This document shows, in pieces, positions 18,856-26,881 of a stretch of DNA of 64,000 nucleotides. Within the stretch, counting starts at the first letter, position 1. Each line of letters opens with the position of its first letter. Position numbers and translations under genes: made by a program. Source of the DNA: Candidatus Multivoradales bacterium (GTDB lineage Bacteria > Acidobacteriota > Thermoanaerobaculia > Multivoradales > J023); NCBI GenBank assembly GCA_965248925.1, contig CBDFLE010000005.1, forward strand, positions 2,144,001 to 2,208,000, written 5' to 3'. The notes below the pieces were generated by a model, which made no database searches, was not told the DNA's origin, and saw only the letters and a program-made list of their open reading frames with translations.

Positions 18856-19912
18856 CGAAGTCGCCACCCGCCAACTGCCAGGCCTCGGGGCGGCGCAGAG
18901 CAGTGAGCGGCAAATCCTCGGTCAAGGGTACACACTCGACACTGAAGCTACCCCGCCGAAACCAAAAGCCGGCGCGATGCAGAGCGCGATCGAAGGGGGC
19001 GCCCGGCACCGCCAGAGCACCCACAAACTCGGCGCCCTGAGCGCTGAGCAAGGCCACCGCGCGGTCGATCAACAAGCCAACACTCGCCGGCTCGTGGCGA
19101 CTGCCGTGCACCTCCGCTATCCAGCCCAGCCGGCGACCATCGGGCAGCTCTTCGAGACGCAGAGCGGCAAATCCGACCGGCTCGGCAGCAGCTCCATTCG
19201 CTCGTTCGGCCAGCAGCAATCGATAGCGGTCTTGGGGCGACTCCAGATAGCGCCAGCCGATGCGTGCCGCGTCGCGGACGATAGAGAAACGACTCTCGCT
19301 ACGGGTTCGCTGCCACAGACGATCAATCTCTTCGCCCGCGGAGGTGATTTCTCGCACCACCAAACCAGCTGCCGGTGTGGACGTCGTCAAGCGGCTGAGT
19401 AGGCGACCGGCTAGGCGACGACGGCCTAACCAAGGCAGCCGCCAGCGGCGAGCGAGCAAGGCTTCAGGACGTAAGGGCCGGAAACGCCAACCGAGGGTGA
19501 AGAGCTGCTCCCAGCCCAGGGCTCTGGTGCGCGAACCCCACTGCTGGTTGGGCAGACCGAGCACCAAGGAGACGCCAGCGTCGCGCCAAGCCTGGTAGGC
19601 CCGGTGGCCAACCGCGGTCAGCAGGCCACGGCGACGCTGCTCCGGGTCAGCCATGGTGTCGACCGAGATCATCGCTTCGACCTCGCGCCCGTCGAGGTGA
19701 AAGCGGCAGGGAATACCAGCGTATTGGAAGACTGGCCGGTCGTCGTCGTCTACCGCCAACCACACGTTGTCGGTCGGAGCGTGACGCCGGTCGAGCTTCC
19801 ACTTCCACACCGCCTCCGACATCGGTTGGCCAAAAGCACGGCCAAATAGGTCGACCAGAGGAGCAACGTCGGCCGGTCGAACAGGCCGCAAACGAGGGAG
19901 AAGAGCACTCAA
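18845..19912 (-). CDS. Tandem GNAT-family acetyltransferase
   Basis: SVDTMADPEQRRRGLL acetyl-CoA motif, LGLPN; likely TTG start overlapping the methyltransferase stop. Confidence 0.8.
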   Translation of the reverse strand: MSALLPRLRPVRPADVAPLVDLFGRAFGQPMSEAVWKWKLDRRHAPTDNVWLAVDDDDRPVFQYAGIPCRFHLDGREVEAMISVDTMADPEQRRRGLLTAVGHRAYQAWRDAGVSLVLGLPNQQWGSRTRALGWEQLFTLGWRFRPLRPEALLARRWRLPWLGRRRLAGRLLSRLTTSTPAAGLVVREITSAGEEIDRLWQRTRSESRFSIVRDAARIGWRYLESPQDRYRLLLAERANGAAAEPVGFAALRLEELPDGRRLGWIAEVHGSRHEPASVGLLIDRAVALLSAQGAEFVGALAVPGAPFDRALHRAGFWFRRGSFSVECVPLTEDLPLTALRRPEAWQLAGGDFDVI

Positions 19913-20781
19913 GACGGCGCCCGCCAGAAGCCGTGGCAAAAGTAGGGGGTCGATCGGCGCAACAGGGTGCTCAGATTGCGCAGCCACAAGCGCCGATACG
20001 GGCGCAGCACAAGGCCCGCTTGGCGGAAGCGCCGACGATCCCCGCGATCGAGATAGCCGCGGGCCGGCCGCAAGAAGAGCTCTCCCCCCTGCTGGTCGCG
20101 GAAACGCTGCTGTAGCGCGGCCACATCGCCGCGCCGACGGCGACTATCACCAAAGATCTGCAAGCCGAGCACCAGCAGCAAACCCCCCGGCTCGACCTTG
20201 TGCTGCAAGGCGGTCAGATGCGCCAGCGGATCGGGGAAGAAAGCCAAGCCATGGTTGACCACTACCACCTCGAAACGCCCATCGATCAATGACAGATCCG
20301 CCAGATCAAGTTGCACCGCCGGCCAATCGGTACTGTAGAAACGGCGCGCGCCGAGACCGTCATACCTATCATCGAAACACTCCGCGGCCAGCGGGTGGTG
20401 CCCGGCCAAGGCCAGTTGATGACTCAGCCAGCCATTGGCCGCGCCGACGTCGAGCACCCGCACGCCACCGTCAGCGCCAGCGCCGCCGAAGCACCGAGAA
20501 ATAGCCCGCAGCACCAGAGCTACGTCATCCTGGCGCAGACGCCATTCAAAATTTTTCGCCACCGCCTGCCCCCCCGGCAATGCTTCGAAGGCCCCTTCGT
20601 CGAGCAGGCGCAGCGCCGCCTGGCCGCGGAAGTCGCACAACTTGTCGGCCAGCTCCGCCAAGCGCTGAGCAAAAGCCGGTTCGAGCAAACGAACCAGGCC
20701 CTCTTCGACCTCGAAGTGATGACCGGCAGCACACCGCTGTTGAGCGAGAGGTTGACGGCAGATGGCACAGAGCAGCTTCAC
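19909..20781 (-). CDS. Class I SAM-dependent methyltransferase with N-terminal Zn-ribbon-like segment
   Basis: CAIC...C..GH N-terminus; VLDVGAANGW motif I; VEPGGLL. Confidence 0.85.
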   Translation of the reverse strand: MKLLCAICRQPLAQQRCAAGHHFEVEEGLVRLLEPAFAQRLAELADKLCDFRGQAALRLLDEGAFEALPGGQAVAKNFEWRLRQDDVALVLRAISRCFGGAGADGGVRVLDVGAANGWLSHQLALAGHHPLAAECFDDRYDGLGARRFYSTDWPAVQLDLADLSLIDGRFEVVVVNHGLAFFPDPLAHLTALQHKVEPGGLLLVLGLQIFGDSRRRRGDVAALQQRFRDQQGGELFLRPARGYLDRGDRRRFRQAGLVLRPYRRLWLRNLSTLLRRSTPYFCHGFWRAPS

Positions 20782-20935
20782 CGCTGCAATCTAACCTACC
20801 GACCGCCTATTGGACATAGCCCAGCGTCCGCAAGCGTTCAACCGTTTCCGGCCTGCGGCGAGCGTCTTCCCTGGCGGTATTGCCGGACGCCGGCTGGGGG
20901 TGCCAATAGGCGACGGTAGCCGCCGCCGGTTTACT

Positions 20936-22156
20936 TCAATCACCCTTCTCGACCCCTACCTGGCATGCCAAATCGCGCCCCGCCAGACCGCGGTAAGCCA
21001 ACAACCCGGCCCACTGCACCAAGGCTGTCGCGACCAGCGCGCCGAGTAATCCGAAGGTTGGCAGCAAGAGCAAGTTGAGCAGCAAGTTGAGCAGCGCGCC
21101 AACCGCGTTGACCGTCACCACCGTAGTCTGGCGACCGGCCTTGAACAGAGCATAAATGGTCGGCAAGTAGAAGTAGACTGGTGGCACTGTGCAAGCCGCC
21201 GCCAGCCACACCGACGGCGGCAGGCGGAAATCGAAGAAACCGGTCAACAGCCAACGGCAAGCGGCAATGGCCGGTGGGGTTAGCAGCAGACCGACGACAA
21301 ACAGCCGCCCTGCGATCTTTGATAGAGTGCGGTCCGACGCCCGATACAACGCCGGCACGAAAGGCGCTAAGGCCAAAGCGGCGAAGCTCTGCAAGTAGAG
21401 CAACACATTGCTCAACACCTGATAGCCACCGAGTTCGGCCGCTGGAAGGTAGGCGGCAACGCAGTAAAGGTCGATTCTCGATTGCAACAAGCCGCTCAAT
21501 CCGAGTAGAAAAAAAGGCAATGAGCGGCGCCAGATCACTGGCTCGAAGCGCGCCGCGAAAGGCTGCAGAGCACGGAGTCGTAGGCGCCACCCCAGGAGCA
21601 AGACTTTGCCCAGGTGGACCGCTGCGAACCAACCCAACAGCCCCACGACTGTCGGCGGCTCTGGGTTGCTGAGCACCGCCGCCAGCAGCACCGCCAGGCC
21701 GAACAGGTCGAGGGCGGCAGCAAAGCCGAACGCCCGCCGCCGGATCACCAACGGATCGAAGCTCTGATAGAGCACCAAACCGGCGCAGAAAAGGCTCGCC
21801 GCAACCGCGGCAGCTGGCGACGGCGCCAACAGCCACAGAGCCCAGAAGGCCAGCGGTAGCAGTGTCGAGCGGGTGAGCAGACTGCTCTGCCAGATAGCTG
21901 CCAAGGCGCCAGGTCGCCGGGCCAGTTCGCGCAGCACGTCGTCACGGTTGCCCCAGCCGATGATATGCGCCGCCAAATGCACCACCAGCTGAATGGCCAC
22001 AAACCTCCCCCACAGCTCCAGCGACCCCCGTTGGGTTACCGCCGCCGCGGTCAGCGGATAGAGCATCGGCACTAGCAGCTTCTGTACTGAATGCGTGGCC
22101 ACTACTCGCAGACGGCGACCGGTGGCAGCCCTGGGCCTGTCTTGACCGCGGCTCAT
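20936..22156 (-). CDS. Polysaccharide flippase (Wzx/MOP superfamily)
   Basis: About 12 TM helices; RIDLY..AAYL...GGY; C-terminal LNLLLLPTFGLLGA. Confidence 0.8.
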   Translation of the reverse strand: MSRGQDRPRAATGRRLRVVATHSVQKLLVPMLYPLTAAAVTQRGSLELWGRFVAIQLVVHLAAHIIGWGNRDDVLRELARRPGALAAIWQSSLLTRSTLLPLAFWALWLLAPSPAAAVAASLFCAGLVLYQSFDPLVIRRRAFGFAAALDLFGLAVLLAAVLSNPEPPTVVGLLGWFAAVHLGKVLLLGWRLRLRALQPFAARFEPVIWRRSLPFFLLGLSGLLQSRIDLYCVAAYLPAAELGGYQVLSNVLLYLQSFAALALAPFVPALYRASDRTLSKIAGRLFVVGLLLTPPAIAACRWLLTGFFDFRLPPSVWLAAACTVPPVYFYLPTIYALFKAGRQTTVVTVNAVGALLNLLLNLLLLPTFGLLGALVATALVQWAGLLAYRGLAGRDLACQVGVEKGD

Positions 22157-23376
22157 GGCGAGTTCGGCAGATTCAGCAGGGCGCGCTGTTCGAGAAAGTT
22201 CAGCACCGCCGCAGAGGCCAGCGAGTGGCCGGCGGCGGTCCAGTGGATATCGACCGAGAAGTACAGCGGCCTCTCAGGTCCTGACGGCGAGTCGATGGCG
22301 GCGCGAAAAATTGGGCTCAGATCGAGACAATCGAGATCGGCGACGGCGCAGAGTTCACGCAGCGGCCGCACCAGACGGTCGAGGTCATGCTCCGGCGGCA
22401 GGTCCGCGGCGACGCGGTAGAGTTCACCGTAGACCTGCTCCTTGGCCGGCACGATCACCACCGCAAAACGACCTCCGGCAGCTTCGACCCGAGCACGGGT
22501 TTGCAAGATAGCCTGGCGAGCCAGCGGCCAGCCGAACTGCAACATGCGGTCTTGAACCTGCGGATCGCAGATATCGTGATCACGGCAGAAAACCTGGCCA
22601 TGCGGCTGCGCCGCTGACCGCACGAGCTCCTCGGTATAAGCGCAAGCGCCGCGACTGGCCAGCCACAGCTCGTAACTCAGTGACAGCCGGCGCAGTAGCC
22701 GGTGCGGTCCGCTGGTGCATCGTGGCGGCCGAGCGGCTTGCGGCACCGCCGCCGCCGGATCGGCCCAGGCAGCAAACCGCAGATTCTCTTTGAGGTCGTT
22801 CTGAAAAAATGTCCACAGCACCAGCGGCGCAGCCAGCGGACGACCATAGTGCTGATAGATCAAAGCCTCTTGCAGCGAACTGGCACCGACCTGCGAGAGG
22901 TTGACGAACGACCGTCCACTGCTCTGTTCCATGACCTCGACCCAACCCTCTCGGCGCTCGACGCCGACCGCGAAAGCGAACGAATCGCCCAACACGACGG
23001 CAAAGGGCGTGCCCAGCGGCCGCTGATCGCGAAAACCAGCCCCGCCAAGGCCCAGGCCGCTCGACCGGATCGGCCACCGTGGGTACTCGGGATGGCCATG
23101 CAAGACGGTGTCGAGGCCGGCAATCAGCCGCTCGCGTAGCAGCGGATCGTCCCGCCACAGCCGCCGATACTCAGCCATGAATCGGGGCAAACCGTGCCAG
23201 CGCACAATGCCCGGTTTGTCCCAAGCCTGCGCCATCACCGGCGGCGGCAGCAGACCGGGCAACAGGCGCAGGATCAATTCCACCAGCAGCAGACCGAGCG
23301 CCAGACCAAGAATGACCAACGCGCCGCGCATCGGCAGCGAAGTGACAGAACGTTGGTTAACTGGCTCTGGATTCAT
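22153..23376 (-). CDS. SGNH/GDSL hydrolase (AlgX/AlgJ-like O-acyltransferase/esterase)
   Basis: N-terminal TM, LGDSF block I, FQND block III, DIHW block V. Confidence 0.82.
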   Translation of the reverse strand: MNPEPVNQRSVTSLPMRGALVILGLALGLLLVELILRLLPGLLPPPVMAQAWDKPGIVRWHGLPRFMAEYRRLWRDDPLLRERLIAGLDTVLHGHPEYPRWPIRSSGLGLGGAGFRDQRPLGTPFAVVLGDSFAFAVGVERREGWVEVMEQSSGRSFVNLSQVGASSLQEALIYQHYGRPLAAPLVLWTFFQNDLKENLRFAAWADPAAAVPQAARPPRCTSGPHRLLRRLSLSYELWLASRGACAYTEELVRSAAQPHGQVFCRDHDICDPQVQDRMLQFGWPLARQAILQTRARVEAAGGRFAVVIVPAKEQVYGELYRVAADLPPEHDLDRLVRPLRELCAVADLDCLDLSPIFRAAIDSPSGPERPLYFSVDIHWTAAGHSLASAAVLNFLEQRALLNLPNSP

Positions 23377-23573
23377 GGAGCAACTTATACCTGCGGAGTT
23401 GGGAAGAGCCGTGCCGGAGCAGATGTGATTGGCACCTCCGCCGGCTCGCAGGCCAAGCCGGCACCAAAAAAACAGACAAGACACACTGTCCGGCAGAAAA
23501 CTCTCGGGTCAGCCCGCAACCCACCATCTTTCGTCATTGCCGCCATCCGGTCGAAGAACCAATGGCCAACCGC

Positions 23574-24281
23574 TCAGCAGCGAGCGTGCTTGCGCTTCTT
23601 GCCCAGCCGCCCCATGCCAACCACCTTGGCGATCATCTGGGTGGCCAGCGGCACTTTGCAGGCGGTGCCACCCATGTCGACTTGCACCTTTCCCACCGCC
23701 TCAGCCGCCGTACTTGCCCTGCCGCTAAGCGCCTCGACATAACAACCAACGGCGATGACGAAACCGTTCATGGTGTAGCGCACTCGATTGGGAGCCTGGG
23801 GCAACTCACCCTCAATCCGCCGCAGCAAGCCGTCCAAAGCATCGAGATCGAGGTCCTCGTCAGGCCGGATCGAAACCCAGCCAGCCAGGGTCGCCCAACC
23901 GATGCAAGCGACGTGGGCAACCGCGGATTCGATCCAGCGCAGCCCCGCCGACCAGCCATGGGGCCCTTCGGCGGCCAGACCCGCCAGCGCGTACTCGCCC
24001 ACCATGTAGAACTCAGTGGCCACAGCCCAGCGGTCGAGGTCCACGGCGCTCATCGCCTGGGCATCGGCCGCCAGAGCGGCCAAGTACATAGCATCCACAT
24101 TGCCGGTGGCGAACAACTCGGCAACCACCGCCTGCTCCTTCTTCAGTGGCCGCAGCAGCTTCTTCATGTCTCCCACTTTGACCCCGAAATAGGGCTCCTG
24201 GGCACCGTGCTTGCCATAGATCTTGCGCGTCTGAGGGTTGCCCATCTCTTCCAACTGGGTCATGACTTCTTGGCGGTCCAT
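23574..24281 (-). CDS. DNA alkylation repair protein (AlkD-like HEAT repeat)
   Basis: FGVKVGDMK, TGNVDAMYLA, VRYTMNGF, VDMGGTACKVP...KKRKHARC; start at MDRQEVM. Confidence 0.85.
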   Translation of the reverse strand: MDRQEVMTQLEEMGNPQTRKIYGKHGAQEPYFGVKVGDMKKLLRPLKKEQAVVAELFATGNVDAMYLAALAADAQAMSAVDLDRWAVATEFYMVGEYALAGLAAEGPHGWSAGLRWIESAVAHVACIGWATLAGWVSIRPDEDLDLDALDGLLRRIEGELPQAPNRVRYTMNGFVIAVGCYVEALSGRASTAAEAVGKVQVDMGGTACKVPLATQMIAKVVGMGRLGKKRKHARC

Positions 24282-24607
24282 TGCTGCTCTCCCGTTGAGT
24301 CGTGCTGCCTCATGAATGGAAGCCGATCCTATCAACTGCAAAGCAGTCCCCAGACTGAGGAGAGCTTCCCGGGGAGACACCACTGCTCGACCCTGGTCCC
24401 GCCGAGCCAACCGGCGGCGGACATCATTCCCAGCATAGTTGTCCAAGAGCGCCTCACCAACCTCATCAGTTCTGAGAATGCCTCCTTCTCAGAACTGAAT
24501 TTGAGTGTTGAAAATCTGCTCCAAGTGGGCGCAGCTGCTAGAGATTCAATAGCCGGCATGCTGCCGGTTGCAACAAGATCGTGATAAACCGCAAACGAAG
24601 AGGAAGC

Positions 24608-26106
24608 ATGATGCAAAACAGCTCCAGGATTCTATCGATTCTCGCCCTTCTCGCAGCTCTCTCCTGCTAGTCACCCCGGCTTTCGCCCAGGTAGTTGAGA
24701 CACCGGGTGAACAAGTGCCTGGCTTCTTCGACACTGCAGGAGTAGCGAAAGACCAGGCAGCCCAGAGTCTGTGGCTGCTTGAGCAAGAGAGCGGTGCCAA
24801 GCCCGAGGGCATCTCGGTTCAACCCTCCAAAGAGAGGCTGCTAACTCTGAAGAACGCACCTGCCGACCAAGGCCGGCTGCTAGTCGGGCTCAATCTCACG
24901 GTCGGCGCCAAGGTCGCCTTCCAGGCCGACGGCAAGGTGGTGGGTAGTCTCGGCGCGCTGCGAAAAAGCCGCAACAACATCTCCTGGTTTACCACCGTGC
25001 GTTCGCCGGATGCCTCGGCGATGCGTCTACATCTGACTAACATGCGGCTGCCAGTGGGCGTCGAACTCTACCTCTACAGCCGCCGCGGCGAGGCTTTCGG
25101 CCCCACACCGGCGCCGATATCCAAGGCGAGGGCGAGCTGTGGACGAACACCATTCGCCGTTGGCAGCAGCGCTTTTATCTGTTCTGGCGGCTTGGTCAAC
25201 GACGCCAACACCTCGACCACGGTGCCTTATTTCCTGACCGCCAACCACTGCATCAGTCGCCAATCTTCGGCCAACAGCATTGAGGCATTCTTCCAATTCA
25301 ACACTAGCTGTGGCGGTTCCTGCCCCAGCGCCAGCAGCTCGCTACCGCGGATGCTTGGCTCAACACTGTTGGTCAGCAGCGCCAACAGCGATTTCTGTCT
25401 GTTGCAACTCAACGGCAGCGTCCCGGGTGGCCCAAGTCTGCTCGGCTGGACCACCACGGCAGTGGCTAATAGCAACAGTACGGATCTATTCCGCATCAGC
25501 CATCCCAAGGGCGCCCCACAGGCCTACTCGCGGCAAGACGTGAGCACCACGGCCGGCACCTGCGGCAGCATTCCGCGAGGTAACTTTATTTACAGCCGTA
25601 ACAGCTTTGGCGCCACCGAAGGCGGTTCGAGCGGCTCGCCGGTACTCAACAGCGGCGGCCAGATCGTCGGCCAGCTGTTCGGCGCCTGCGGCACCAACAC
25701 CAGAAATGTATGTGATTCGAGTTCCAACGCCACCGTAGATGACGCCTTTGCAGTCACTTTCTCTAGCATCTCGCAGTTCATCAACAACCCCGGTAACACC
25801 AGCTGTCATTCGGGTGCGAACGGCAGCGCGAGCTTCTGCCGCTCCGGTTGTAAATGCGAGGACGGCGAAGGCGATTGTGACAGCAACAGTGAATGCGTGC
25901 CAGGCACCACTTGCCTCAGCAATGTCGGTCCGAACTATGGCTTCGCCAGCTGGGTTGACGTCTGCGAAACTAGCGGCGGAGGCGGTGGCGGCCCCAACTC
26001 ATGTGTCGGCAACTGCGGCGGCCAGGCCTCCGGTGGCTGCTGGTGTGACTCGGCCTGCGCCGGCTTCGGTGACTGCTGCGGCGATAAACTCTCGGTCTGC
26101 GGCTGA
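24608..26106 (+). pseudogene. Lysyl-endopeptidase-like S1 serine protease with C-terminal Cys-rich and somatomedin-B-like domains; damaged
   Basis: Catalytic TANHC, SDF and GGSSGSP are intact. The signal peptide is frameshifted at a CT repeat (about 24657-24663); a second frameshift at about 25104 and an apparent pro-region deletion at about 25157. Confidence 0.75.
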
Positions 26107-26172
26107 TCCTGGAAAGCTAGTCTTGGCTACCTAGGCCGATTGGCCCGATCCGCCAGCCGCGGGTCGGGCCTC

Positions 26173-26655
26173 CTAGCCAGAGATCCGTGTGACGACACTG
26201 AGGTCGAATTCCATCAGCGGCAGTGTCCGACCGGGGATGCTCCCCGAGGGGGTCGAACCTACCCGCTGCGCGCCGCGGCTGAGGTAGAACGGTTCGGCAC
26301 CCGGGTCGCTGTGAATCTGCAGCAGGCGAAAGCCTCGGTCGCTCGCCCGCGCACAGCAATGGTCCCAAAGCTCACTGCCAAGTCCGCCGCCAATCTGCTC
26401 AGGATCGACGAAGAGATGGCCGAGTTCGACCCGCGAAGCTGACTGCTCCTCCAACGAGTAGAAGCCCAACGGCTGGGGCCCCAAGGTGAGCACAAAGACC
26501 TCGTGCAACCCCAGATACTCAGCATCGATCGTCAGCTCTCCTCGGCAAGCGTCCATGAACTCTGCCGAGTAGCCCCAATATGCCTTGGAGCGGAGGGCAA
26601 GAGCGGTCAATGCTTCGCAATCGCTCTCTTTCACGACTCTAATAGCAGCATCCAT
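26173..26655 (-). CDS. GNAT-family N-acetyltransferase
   Basis: ALRSKAYWGY, HLFVDPEQIGGGLG, SDPGAEPFY, SIPGRTLP. Confidence 0.9.
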   Translation of the reverse strand: MDAAIRVVKESDCEALTALALRSKAYWGYSAEFMDACRGELTIDAEYLGLHEVFVLTLGPQPLGFYSLEEQSASRVELGHLFVDPEQIGGGLGSELWDHCCARASDRGFRLLQIHSDPGAEPFYLSRGAQRVGSTPSGSIPGRTLPLMEFDLSVVTRISG

Positions 26656-26806
26656 GGCCGCGAAAATACCACGCTCCAGAGGTCCAAGAACCACTTGCGA
26701 TGCAAGCCAAAGCCGCAATTGCACTGGGATAGCGAAACCCAACTGTGACTGGCCAAAACCTGATCTGGCTTGAGCTGCACCCAGATTCTAAGCGAATGAG
26801 AGCGAC

Positions 26807-26853
26807 AAAACGGCAACGGGGCTTCGGTCGATCCCAGCACAACCGAAGCCCCG
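26807..26853 (-). terminator. Rho-independent terminator of the vWA gene
   Basis: Perfect 12-bp stem CGGGGCTTCGGT/ACCGAAGCCCCG (26817-26853), followed on the minus strand by TTGCCGTTTT, just after the stop at 26882. Confidence 0.7.
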
Positions 26854-26881
26854 CATTTGACGTGCTCACGAGTCGCTGAGC

